A DNA stretch of 64,000 bases, from NCBI GenBank assembly GCA_949295025.1, contig CASFJK010000009.1:10038-74037 (forward strand), in the 5' to 3' direction. Under the pieces are notes generated by a model. The model saw nothing but the letters and a program-made list of their open reading frames with translations, searched no databases and had not been told where the DNA came from. A program made the position numbers and the translations under genes. Positions 37,201-45,259 of the stretch are shown one piece after another. Positions within the stretch are counted from its first letter, which is position 1. Each line of letters begins with the position of its first letter. Origin of the DNA: an uncultured Pseudomonadota bacterium. GTDB taxonomy: Bacteria > Pseudomonadota > Alphaproteobacteria > RF32 > CAG-239.

Positions 37201-37883
37201 TATACAGCGGAAAAATGTTATCAGATGGAACTGAAGTCCAAAACGTTTTAGGATATAGTCCATATATGCAATCTGTTGTAAATTATGGTATCCGTATGGA
37301 AGAACGGTCTCAACAAGAAGATGCAGAAGATCTGAATGCTCAAGAAGAACAAAATGATGATATATATGTTCGAGCACAGTTTAATAACAATCAAGTTGGT
37401 GATTTTCTTGAACATGTTGAGATAGAGCAAAAGTATCAACAAGCATTGGATGAGTTAGAAGAACAAATTAAAGAAAGCAAAGATGAGTTGTATAGCAGTT
37501 TGCGAGAGTTTGGCTTCGAACCGAGTGAGGATTTTGATATATCAAATGAGGAAGATTTTGATTTGGCCGTAAAACAGTTAAAAACAGCAAAACAAAATTA
37601 TATGTCAAAAGCCAAAGGTGGTATTGATAGTATTGAACCTGGAGATTCAGAAGTTTTGAAAGATAGTCAAAACTCTTATAGCCGCGTATATCAAGGATTG
37701 TTGCTGGATAGTGAGGCGGTCGTAACCATGACAATGGATGTTGACAACTTATCAGAGTTTTCAGAGAATATCAAAACAGCCACAGCCAATACGGCAGTAG
37801 ATGATACATATGAGAAAAACGGCGATGATGAATTTGAGGAAACCTTAAAGGCAATGGAACCCGCATATTGCGCCGCTTATTAG
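34197..37883 (+). CDS. Giant (1228 aa) secreted coiled-coil protein, T4SS-operon encoded
   Basis: Signal peptide ...GAISYQVNA/QE, an S/T-rich segment, a ~250-aa heptad-like region (aa ~380-600), a Cys-containing C-terminal half and an acidic tail. No recognisable family. Confidence 0.3.
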   Translation: MMNKKEIKTAFAISLLFSGAISYQVNAQETYSPFYIEGTSTQTQTETNSSSQNNMRVDSVLDIEDAVISEETHPFSGSEEQMNELEKLEPITNNLKAAVDAHNLINRLRGYKNIQKQYNNTVKLHDRSVELLKDSEQCTINYMGRYFQDPVKVWSGKDMSEMPQNHDLRQGLSAWAIALYETAKSSEVSPIDIDDVVSVDLQTNETVDEDGNILNVETSLSSSTSTVGVNVDTSENVTDLETLHTSSESEINDLQEQTGGNYFQEPSRQEELEAEDRKTDLISKDIGSEVAVWMADYLAGQSTSSGPSWSSTNLGGVKKRFPVWTDQKTFFGQYLIRKYKNIKNYIKNYTIPEEVRQRIADTVFDRQKQYMNQAEAQITQAAVDARLTAKSIADEKKSEARKDYETKVAEIENEREITVEELKQDLAAKVSAFDSEIDAANQKRDQYMTQISEINSNNSQLSQDVNDLKQEIANYDFLLSDTSLTEEQKSEYNEMKSDINAEINTIQNKINLQINERDNLQKLYDEQTGIVNKKKQEKADYEGKIQTKIGEANDKAAQEKQVALNEYNVKVAAIEDELKDKNAKIDAAEIAAKAAIGSKSLITAQQIVGQADLVIEDAREVAYTNVDKTLTALQALGDDLYRGQSQPTVAAYHQALIDSLNGEESQIGGVKLEAATAKVHDLTNFNVDIVISPHMDAQMRELYLNNYRDAVKNTQIILSIPMFDKMLEGVNTGVDTQYFVGSQPKKEDFSAPKTLPDYNLPPVREYVRLDYIDLQNIGKDNPKMEVGHYKTHVLPNGASIKIWEKTESLPISIVDKDKFLDYGGRIPEIWKLMLKDKAFVDSDFYLTPDMNPEPEEDTPAEYNPLQLGGEMSTLYRGGIYPCIMKNIQGESGTCNASGVIDNGTGIVDVAIIDKGKTNSNEYFMGLGFVDGERRTALLSQNLPICQEVSAKCKKSVGFSSGSLGLVSKPYLTLLNKEDEVGSSSGSFVAEGEASELGSIINVYSGKMLSDGTEVQNVLGYSPYMQSVVNYGIRMEERSQQEDAEDLNAQEEQNDDIYVRAQFNNNQVGDFLEHVEIEQKYQQALDELEEQIKESKDELYSSLREFGFEPSEDFDISNEEDFDLAVKQLKTAKQNYMSKAKGGIDSIEPGDSEVLKDSQNSYSRVYQGLLLDSEAVVTMTMDVDNLSEFSENIKTATANTAVDDTYEKNGDDEFEETLKAMEPAYCAAY

Positions 37884-37902
37884 AGAAGGTAAAAAAGAAT
37901 AG

Positions 37903-38661
37903 ATGAATGAGATAAATTCTTTGAAACAAGGAGCAAAGGTCTTGTCAATAGAAGACAAGAACAGCCAGCCTCATGTTAATTTTATTGATAAAGAAGAAAA
38001 AGAAACAACTTCATTAAAAATGGTTTATTATATGTGGTTGTCTCGTTTATTTATCTTTTTTGCAACCATATCTTTAATTGTTTTTTTGAGCACAAGTTTG
38101 TCTTTGTTCCGTTTAGCGCCAATGGTGGAAGTGGAACCTTTTCTTATCATCCGACAAGATAATTCAGACAATTTGGTTCGCTCAGAGCCCATTTCTCAAA
38201 ACATGGCTTCAAAAGATTTGTTATTAAAAACATTTATTAAGCAATATGTTATCTTAAGAAATACTGTTATCAGTGATGAAGCGGAAATGAGTAGTCGTTG
38301 GTTGCCCGGCGGTATGATAAATTTTATGTCGTCATGGCAAGTATTTTATCAATTTCGAGATAGTACAAGAGATATGATGGATAAAAAAGAATATTATTCT
38401 TTTGTGCGAGAAGTTGAAATTATATCAATTGCACGCCAAGGCGGAAAACGAAGCGAGGTCTGGAAAGTCGATTTCAAAACATATGATTTGCGCCCCGGAA
38501 ATGCAAATAGCGGCGGAGCATTGATTATGAAAGAACGTTATTGGACAGCATCCGTAACCGCCAGATTTTATCCTGAACGTGTATTTATGGGACGACGCTT
38601 GATAAATCCGATAGGATTTACGGTTATCAGATATTCTCAGTCTGAGGTCGAAATTTTCTAA
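37903..38661 (+). CDS. virB8: VirB8-family T4SS protein, paralog a
   Basis: 252 aa. N-terminal cytoplasmic tail, TM LSRLFIFFATISLIVFLSTSLSLF, RLAPMVEVEPFLI, FIKQYVILRNT and the conserved C-terminal LINPIGFTVIRY (NPxG motif). Confidence 0.8.
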   Translation: MNEINSLKQGAKVLSIEDKNSQPHVNFIDKEEKETTSLKMVYYMWLSRLFIFFATISLIVFLSTSLSLFRLAPMVEVEPFLIIRQDNSDNLVRSEPISQNMASKDLLLKTFIKQYVILRNTVISDEAEMSSRWLPGGMINFMSSWQVFYQFRDSTRDMMDKKEYYSFVREVEIISIARQGGKRSEVWKVDFKTYDLRPGNANSGGALIMKERYWTASVTARFYPERVFMGRRLINPIGFTVIRYSQSEVEIF

Positions 38662-38800
38662 AAAGAGATCCTTTCTCAAAAAAAACATATATATTGTTGA
38701 TAAGTTGGGGATTTTATCCCCGAGATATTAGACATTTATGTTAAAAGAGTTTATTTGTTAAAATAACATAAAGAATATTTTTAATCAAAGAAGGGCCTAA

Positions 38801-38992
38801 ATGATGAAAATTTCTTATAAAATCTTAGCTTTTGCCGCATTGTTTTTGTTGTCTGGTTGTTTCGGATCATATTATGAACCGGAACCAGTAGGTGTTGGTA
38901 AAGGTGTCAATGAATTAAAACTTTCTCCATGTGCATGCATGCATATTGATCTTCCAAAAAATTTGCCTGATTGGTATATTGAAACCATTTAA
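38801..38992 (+). CDS. Small lipoprotein, VirB7-like by size and position
   Basis: 63 aa. MMKISYKILAFAALFLLSGC (lipobox LLSGC). Lies between the two virB8 paralogs and upstream of virB9. Confidence 0.5.
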   Translation: MMKISYKILAFAALFLLSGCFGSYYEPEPVGVGKGVNELKLSPCACMHIDLPKNLPDWYIETI

Positions 38993-39008
38993 GAGGCGAG
39001 TATAGTCA

Positions 39009-39746
39009 ATGGTAGAAAATTTGCAGAGAAATAATGTCGATCAAAAATTGATTGGTTCGGGGCAGCCTCGACGTGTTATGCCTCAACAACAAAGACCCAA
39101 AAATGATAGTGTCTTTGTTGCTAATATTGCTGAAAAAAGATATCTTTGGACAGCAAGGGCTTTTGCAATAATCACAGCTATCAGTTTGTGCTGCAACATT
39201 ATTTTGATTTTAGCAATTTTTCAGGTTATGCCATTGTTTAGGGTTGAGCCTTTCTTATTGTCTTTTCAGGCAAAAGATGAGCAGGTATACAACATTGTCC
39301 CGTTAAAAAATCTGGAAGATGAAAAAGCCGTAACAGAAGTTTTTGTTCGTCAGTATGTTCTCTTAAGGAGCTCTTTTACGTCCAATATTCCGGAAATGGA
39401 AGCGCGCTGGATGCCGGGAGGTCCAATTCAAGAAATGTCTTCTCCTGCCGTATATGAAGATTTTCAAAAGAGAACGGCATTAAAAGCATTGGATATCATT
39501 CGTAGCAAAGGATTAACCCGCTCTGTAAAAATTATATCCGTTAACGAATTGACTAGAGGCCTGTGGCAAGTCGAGTATGAAACAAGAGATATGTATCCGG
39601 ATTCGAGCAAGCCTCAAATTAACTATTGGACAGCATCTTTACGTATAGCTTACCGTGGAAAAACCGTAAAATCAGGTGAAAGAATGAAAAATCCGGTTGG
39701 CTTTACGGTTGATAGGTATTCTTTAACTTATAATAAAGTACAATAA
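39009..39746 (+). CDS. virB8: VirB8-family T4SS protein, paralog b
   Basis: 245 aa. TM AFAIITAISLCCNIILILAIF, QVMPLFRVEPFLL, FVRQYVLLRSS and MKNPVGFTVDRY (NPxG motif); collinear with paralog a. Confidence 0.8.
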   Translation: MVENLQRNNVDQKLIGSGQPRRVMPQQQRPKNDSVFVANIAEKRYLWTARAFAIITAISLCCNIILILAIFQVMPLFRVEPFLLSFQAKDEQVYNIVPLKNLEDEKAVTEVFVRQYVLLRSSFTSNIPEMEARWMPGGPIQEMSSPAVYEDFQKRTALKALDIIRSKGLTRSVKIISVNELTRGLWQVEYETRDMYPDSSKPQINYWTASLRIAYRGKTVKSGERMKNPVGFTVDRYSLTYNKVQ

Positions 39747-39764
39747 TAAAATATAGAAAATAGA

Positions 39765-41528
39765 ATGGTACAAAATATGAAACAAATAGCAAAAATAATT
39801 TCCTTTGGAGTGCTGGCTTTTTCAAGCTTTAATGGTTTGGCTTATGCGCAAGAAAATAGTTTGGACCAAAGTGCAGATCAAGATCAGGGGCAGTATCGTT
39901 CTATGGATATGAGCTATGCCGGATTCGGCTCTATTGGTATGATGCAGAGCGCGTGGTTGGACCCTTTGCAAAATTTAGGTGAGGGACAAACAAAGCCAGC
40001 CTATTCAAAATATTATTGGTCATCAGATTTAGTTCTGCCTATCCGCTTGCGTGAAGGTATGATTACAATGATTAACTTTCCTGAATGGGAAATGATTGAA
40101 GACGTTTATATCGGTGATAACTCTACGTTTGATGGTCAGATCTCCGGTCCTAATACTGTTTTATTGTATCCTAAAAAAGGTGCAAATGTAGGCGTAGATA
40201 CCAACGTCATTATCTTTGGTCGTTCAGGAAATCGCTATGTGTTTTATGTAAGAAGTGAGGGTGTTAATACAGAAAGATTAACAAACTCAATTATTGATAT
40301 TGAAGTTATTGGCGAAGATGGATCTTCTGGTTCATCAATAGGTGCATTCGGAAGCGGAAGCAGCGTTTCTAATGGGGGTAAAGGTGCATCTGCCGGTGGA
40401 AATGGTAATGCCAAATCAGTTGCATCAACCTACACAAGACGCTTCCAAAAAGATGACTGGTTGAAATCTATACCGGTTGATCCGGAAAAGTTCCGCTTTG
40501 ATATTGAAGTTTACGTGCCAAATCCTGAAGATGTTGTTATTGCGCCGGAAAGAGTTTGGCGAGACGATATCTTTACTTATATTGATTTAGGCAATAAAGC
40601 AATCAATATGAATCAGAGACCGATTGTTACATTGATTAATGAAAAAGTTGAAACTCCGGTTGGTTTTCGTTCAAAAGGACCAAACAACCGTTTGATCGTG
40701 GTTGAAGCTGTCGGCGACTTGGTTTTAAGAAACGGAAAGCGCATTGTGTGCCTGAAATTGCGTCGCTCTGATGCTGCCGGATTGGAATATGGCGTATATG
40801 CCGATGATGCAAAACCGGGATGGGATGTTCCTCCTCCGCTGAAAAATGGAGACCTCTCTACTGCTTTTGATCCTCAGGCAAGTGCCAATAGCAGTATGAA
40901 TGGTTTTTCTGCCCCAAATGGCGGCATGAATGAAAACGGAGAATATATTTATCCGCAATATAATACTGGTGCAGCTGGATTCGGTGGAATGTCAGGAAAT
41001 AATATGTCCGGTGCAAATGGAATGGTTGCAAACGGTAGTAATGGTTTTGCCGGAGCCGGTGGAATGACTGGTAATTATGGTATGCAAATGAATGGAATGT
41101 CTGGAATGGGTGGCTGGAACGGCGCTGCAATGCCGCATCAAGGTGCTGTCACCGGAGCTTATGATTATTCCAAAATGCAAAAACTGCCAAATCAAACATT
41201 AGCAAATCAAAGCAACGGAAACAGCAAATATTTGCAGCAATTTGGCTATGGTAGTGGTTTTGATGCTAATACCAATATTTCTATTGAATTGGGAACAGAT
41301 GACGATGTGAGCAAACTGGAGACCTTATGGAATAGTTTAAGCCGTAAATATAAAACGGATTTATCCGGCTATGAACCTTTCTACTCTGTAGATACTCCGG
41401 CAGATGGACAAGGTAAAGAATTGTTCCATCTAAGAGTTGGTCCTGTCAAAAGTTTAGAGGAAGGGGACGCCGTTTGTTCAAAACTTGGTCGTAATGGTAT
41501 ATTTTGTAGCGTAGTTAGAACTCAATGA
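39765..41528 (+). CDS. virB9: VirB9/TrbG/CagX-family protein with G/N/M-rich linker and C-terminal SPOR-like domain
   Basis: N-domain: LPIRLREGMITMINFPEWEMIEDVYIGDNSTF...TNVIIFGRSGNRYVFYV. C-domain: DDIFTYIDLGNKAINMNQRPIVTLINEKVETPVGFR...LVLRNGKRIVCLK. Then GGMSGNNMSGANGMVANGSNGFAGAGGMTGNYGMQMNGMSGMGGW, and the last ~85 aa (ISIELGTDDDVSKLETLWNSLSRKY...LFHLRVGPVKSLEEGDAVCSKLGRNGIFCSVV) fit the SPOR pattern. Confidence 0.75.
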   Translation: MVQNMKQIAKIISFGVLAFSSFNGLAYAQENSLDQSADQDQGQYRSMDMSYAGFGSIGMMQSAWLDPLQNLGEGQTKPAYSKYYWSSDLVLPIRLREGMITMINFPEWEMIEDVYIGDNSTFDGQISGPNTVLLYPKKGANVGVDTNVIIFGRSGNRYVFYVRSEGVNTERLTNSIIDIEVIGEDGSSGSSIGAFGSGSSVSNGGKGASAGGNGNAKSVASTYTRRFQKDDWLKSIPVDPEKFRFDIEVYVPNPEDVVIAPERVWRDDIFTYIDLGNKAINMNQRPIVTLINEKVETPVGFRSKGPNNRLIVVEAVGDLVLRNGKRIVCLKLRRSDAAGLEYGVYADDAKPGWDVPPPLKNGDLSTAFDPQASANSSMNGFSAPNGGMNENGEYIYPQYNTGAAGFGGMSGNNMSGANGMVANGSNGFAGAGGMTGNYGMQMNGMSGMGGWNGAAMPHQGAVTGAYDYSKMQKLPNQTLANQSNGNSKYLQQFGYGSGFDANTNISIELGTDDDVSKLETLWNSLSRKYKTDLSGYEPFYSVDTPADGQGKELFHLRVGPVKSLEEGDAVCSKLGRNGIFCSVVRTQ

Positions 41529-44500
41529 TGGAAAATGGTAAAGAACCACAAGCACCGTTAACACATTCGGAAAGCTATGTAAAAAAAACCAACAGAATTA
41601 TTTTAATTGTTGGAATATCTTCTCTTGTCATTTTTTTGCTGGGCGTCATTTTGCTCATAACAGAAGATAACAATACATACGAATATGAAGAACCCTCATT
41701 TACGGATAATGCCGATGTTATTAACGTTGGTTCAGAAAGTCCTCTTTTGGATAATAGTATAGAGTTTCAAACAATAGAAGATATTGGAATTCCGATTACA
41801 ACCACGCCTAATCCGGTTCCTTTAGGTCAAGTTGTTTTGGGAACAAAAGCTCAAAATGTTTTAACTATAGGAACCAATGGAAAAGCATCAATCAAAATTG
41901 TTTCTGTGCTTTTAGCAGAACCTCCTGCCGAAGGTTTTAATTTTGACGATGGTTGTAGTGGTAAAAGTTTGGTTGGTAAAGATACATGCCATATTACCAT
42001 GTCTTGGGAGCCTGTGGTAGCTGGAAATGTGCAAAATAATTTTATCATTTCTTGGCATGAAACCAATGTTTCTTCCCAAAATGCCAAATCAGAAAAAGTT
42101 CCGGTTATCGGAAACGCCGTAACAAAAGAAGAATGTTCATCATGCGAATTGCAAGTTGGAGAAACATCTGTTGGAGATGGTGAAATTGTTAAGCAAGCCA
42201 TTGGTATCGATGGTCGCGTGATTGGCTCCATTGATAAAGATGGTTTAGTGCACGATAATACAACCCAAAAAGTCATTGGGCGAGTTAATACCAATGGATT
42301 GATTGTGGATGATAATGGTAATATTATCGGTATATCTGACAACCAAAAAGTGGTTCTGGATGAAAACGGAAATGTTATAGGTTATGTAAATCCGGATGGA
42401 ACGGTTGTCGATAAAAATGGCAATGTGGTAGGACGTGTTTTGCCTGACGGAACCGTAGTCGACAAAGATGGAAACGTTATTGGTCGCGCCGTTGAAACAG
42501 GCTATGTTTATGATGAAAACGGCAATGTCATTGGTAAGGTTATGCCGGATGGAAGTGTCGTTGATAAAAATGGCAATATTATCGGTCGGGTCAATGGTCG
42601 CGGAGAGGTTGTCGATTTAAAAGGCAATGTTTTGGGGGTTGTTTCCAAACAAGGTCGTGTTGCTGTTGATAAACAAGGCAATAAGCTTGGTGTAGTTATG
42701 CCAAATGGTTCTATTGTCAATTCTTCAGGAAAAGTTGTTGGCCATATTGATGAAAATGGCAATGTTGTCAGAGACAAAATTATAGGGATGACAGGAAATA
42801 AAGGTACTTTGGCTGTTGCCGGAGGAAAGGTCATTGGCTATGTTAATGATAAAAAAGAAGTAGTTGATGAAAACGGCAATGTTGTCGCTAAAGTCGATAA
42901 TGAAGGAAATGTTTTACAACACAAAAAAATAGGTACAATCGGCGATAAAAGACGTATGGCCTATGATGAACAAGGAAATGTAATCGGTTATATTCAAGAT
43001 GATGGAACAGTTGTAGACTTTAATGGAAATGTAATTGGTTCTGTCGATGAAAAAGGTATTATAAAAGATAAAAATGGAAAAATTATAGGAAAAGCGGGTG
43101 ATGCTGTAGATATCTTATATGATGATCAAGGAAAAGTTGTCGGTTTCGCAGAGGGAGATAAAGCTTTCGATTTGCAAGGAAAAGATATCGGCAATGTTAA
43201 TGAAGATGGCGAAGTTTATAGTAAAAATTTAGAAATTGTCGGTAAAACAGATAGTTCCATGAATTTGGCTCTTGATAACGATGGTAATGTAATCGGTTAT
43301 ATTGACAAGACAGGAACTGCCAAAGATTTTTCCGGAAATACTATGGGAAAAGTCAATGAAAATGGTCGTATTATAGCAACAACACCAGAGATTGTTGGTG
43401 CTTTGGTCGAGACAACAATGTTGCCGATAACGCCTCAAAATTCAGTTTTGGGTAGAGTTGGAAACGACGGTAGTGTTTATAATGCTCAAGAAGAAATTGT
43501 CGGTAGAGTTTTGGCTAGCGGCCTGGTTAAAGACGTTGCCGGTTCTACGGTTGTGGCCCAAATGGTAAAAGGCGGTATGGTTGTTGGTTATGGCTGCAAA
43601 CAAATCGGCGTTTTGGATAAAGACGGAAAAATTAAGAAAAATAACGAAGATACAAAAGCCAAAATAAATTTTGATGGTACCGTAACGGATATTTCTGGCA
43701 AATATTTAGGCGAAGTTGTGCAAACCGGAAAAGTTTTTGATAATAATTGCAAGCATATAGGAAATGCTCGAGCAGATGGTTTGGTTTATGGTAGCGACGG
43801 AAAATATGTCGGTTGTTTAAATCCCAATGGAATGGTTCTAGATGAAAAAGGAAATATCATCGGAAGAGTGGGGCAAAAAGGAATGGCCGTTGATTATAAT
43901 AGCCGTTACTTAGGTTTCGTTGGAAATAATAATTTAGTATATAATACCAAAAAAGAGGCAATTGGCTGCGTTAATATTGATGGCGAAGTTATTAATAAAA
44001 AAGGTGGCTATGCCGGCAAACTTATTGGTAAGAAATATGCTTTTGATTTGGATGGAAATTTCTTAGATGTTGTTGATGATACGGGAATAATTGTTCTTCC
44101 AGATGGAGAAAGCAGAATATCTGTAAATAATTTAATCCTTGATAGCAAAAACAATATTGTCGGTTATGCATTGGACCATCAAGCCAGCGCTTTAGATGCC
44201 AAAGGGACAATAATCGGTCGTCCGTTTTTTGATGGCAAAGTCTATAACAACAAAGGCATCAATAGTGGAAAATTGAAAAGTGTTAATGGTTTCTATGGAA
44301 AAACGTTTGGAAAAATAACTTCTCAAGAACCTGTGGTAGACTTCAATGGTTATGTTGTCGGTCAAACATTGCCGGATGGACGCGTTATTAATAAATTTGG
44401 CGAAGTTTTAGGTAGTATTGATGCCAAAGGAACATTTTTTAATGATAAGGGCGAATATCAAGGAGCTGTACTGAAAAAAGGCGCTGCCATTGGTTATGAT

Positions 44501-45256
44501 GGCTCTTATTTGGGATATGTTGTCAATAGTGGTCGTGTACTTGATTTAGATGGTAAGGATACAGGTAGAGTAACATCTGATGGAAAAGTTATCAACGCCA
44601 AGGGAGACATTATTGGTGAAATAATTTCTGAAGATATTGTTATTGATACATGGGGGCATTACAAAGGTATTGTTAATGGTTTGGGTGATATCTTAGACAT
44701 GAAAAATGAAGCAGTGGGTTTGATTTTGCCCGGAGGCTCATCAGATAAAAATTATAGTATTTTAAAAAAAGGTACTGTAATTGATTTTTCAGGAGAAATC
44801 AGCGGAGCTGTACAGCCGGATGGTTCTGTCGTGGATATAAACAATAATAATATTGGTAGAGTTCTTCCGGATGGAAGTGTGATCAGTGATGCCGGAAAAC
44901 TTTATGGCGATGTTTTATCCGGAGATATAATCATTGGCAACAGTGATAAAGTTGTGGGTTATGTAAATATTGATGGTACAATTCGTGCAAAAGATGGTAA
45001 TATCATCGGCAGAACCATGTCTAAAGATTTGGCAACCGATAACGAAGGAAATATTTTAGGTCGCATATTTAAGATAGGAGCCAGCGTCTTAAAGAACGAC
45101 GGAAAATATATAGGCAGACTTTCTCCGGAAGGAAAAGTAATAAACGCCAGCGGCTCTTCAATCGGTTATATAAAGAACAATGGTTCTTATATCGATTTAG
45201 ATAAAAAAGTTTCAGGATATGTCCTGATGGAAGTTGCAAAAAACCGGAGGAATTAA
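41525..45256 (+). CDS. 1243-aa membrane-anchored repeat protein (TM + Ig-like domain + ~1000 aa of GxVxDxxGNxIGxV-type repeats)
   Basis: ATGA overlap with the virB9 stop. TM IILIVGISSLVIFLLGVILLI. The Ig/ASH-like segment PVPLGQVVLGTKAQNVLTIGTNGKASIKIVSVLLAEPPAEGFNFDDGCSGKSLVGKDTCHITMSWEPVVAGNVQNNFIISW precedes repeats such as NPDGTVVDKNGNVVGRVLPDGTVVDKDGNVIGRAVETGYVYDENGNVIGKVMPDGSVVDKNGNIIGRV. Confidence 0.6.
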   Translation: MMENGKEPQAPLTHSESYVKKTNRIILIVGISSLVIFLLGVILLITEDNNTYEYEEPSFTDNADVINVGSESPLLDNSIEFQTIEDIGIPITTTPNPVPLGQVVLGTKAQNVLTIGTNGKASIKIVSVLLAEPPAEGFNFDDGCSGKSLVGKDTCHITMSWEPVVAGNVQNNFIISWHETNVSSQNAKSEKVPVIGNAVTKEECSSCELQVGETSVGDGEIVKQAIGIDGRVIGSIDKDGLVHDNTTQKVIGRVNTNGLIVDDNGNIIGISDNQKVVLDENGNVIGYVNPDGTVVDKNGNVVGRVLPDGTVVDKDGNVIGRAVETGYVYDENGNVIGKVMPDGSVVDKNGNIIGRVNGRGEVVDLKGNVLGVVSKQGRVAVDKQGNKLGVVMPNGSIVNSSGKVVGHIDENGNVVRDKIIGMTGNKGTLAVAGGKVIGYVNDKKEVVDENGNVVAKVDNEGNVLQHKKIGTIGDKRRMAYDEQGNVIGYIQDDGTVVDFNGNVIGSVDEKGIIKDKNGKIIGKAGDAVDILYDDQGKVVGFAEGDKAFDLQGKDIGNVNEDGEVYSKNLEIVGKTDSSMNLALDNDGNVIGYIDKTGTAKDFSGNTMGKVNENGRIIATTPEIVGALVETTMLPITPQNSVLGRVGNDGSVYNAQEEIVGRVLASGLVKDVAGSTVVAQMVKGGMVVGYGCKQIGVLDKDGKIKKNNEDTKAKINFDGTVTDISGKYLGEVVQTGKVFDNNCKHIGNARADGLVYGSDGKYVGCLNPNGMVLDEKGNIIGRVGQKGMAVDYNSRYLGFVGNNNLVYNTKKEAIGCVNIDGEVINKKGGYAGKLIGKKYAFDLDGNFLDVVDDTGIIVLPDGESRISVNNLILDSKNNIVGYALDHQASALDAKGTIIGRPFFDGKVYNNKGINSGKLKSVNGFYGKTFGKITSQEPVVDFNGYVVGQTLPDGRVINKFGEVLGSIDAKGTFFNDKGEYQGAVLKKGAAIGYDGSYLGYVVNSGRVLDLDGKDTGRVTSDGKVINAKGDIIGEIISEDIVIDTWGHYKGIVNGLGDILDMKNEAVGLILPGGSSDKNYSILKKGTVIDFSGEISGAVQPDGSVVDINNNNIGRVLPDGSVISDAGKLYGDVLSGDIIIGNSDKVVGYVNIDGTIRAKDGNIIGRTMSKDLATDNEGNILGRIFKIGASVLKNDGKYIGRLSPEGKVINASGSSIGYIKNNGSYIDLDKKVSGYVLMEVAKNRRN
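42190..45230 (+). repeat. Degenerate ~16-18-codon coding repeats (protein-level; DNA copies diverged)
   Basis: Recurring D/N-x-x-G-x-V-(V/I)-D-x-(N/D)-G-(N/K)-x-(I/V)-G-x-V units read directly from the translation. Boundaries are approximate. Confidence 0.7.
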
Positions 45257-45259
45257 ACA

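Noticed and set aside
36728-37442. Minus-strand ORFs (36728..37198, 37195..37377, 37248..37442) inside the 1228-aa gene
   Set aside because: They are antisense to a continuous 3.7-kb ORF that is translationally coupled to its neighbours. There are no motifs or start signals, so they are treated as shadow ORFs.
38707-38724. Small hairpin GGGGAT-TTT-ATCCCC between virB8a and the VirB7-like gene as a terminator
   Set aside because: The stem is only 6 bp with a 3-nt loop and no downstream T-tract. The operon evidently continues, so there is insufficient evidence for a terminator or regulatory element.
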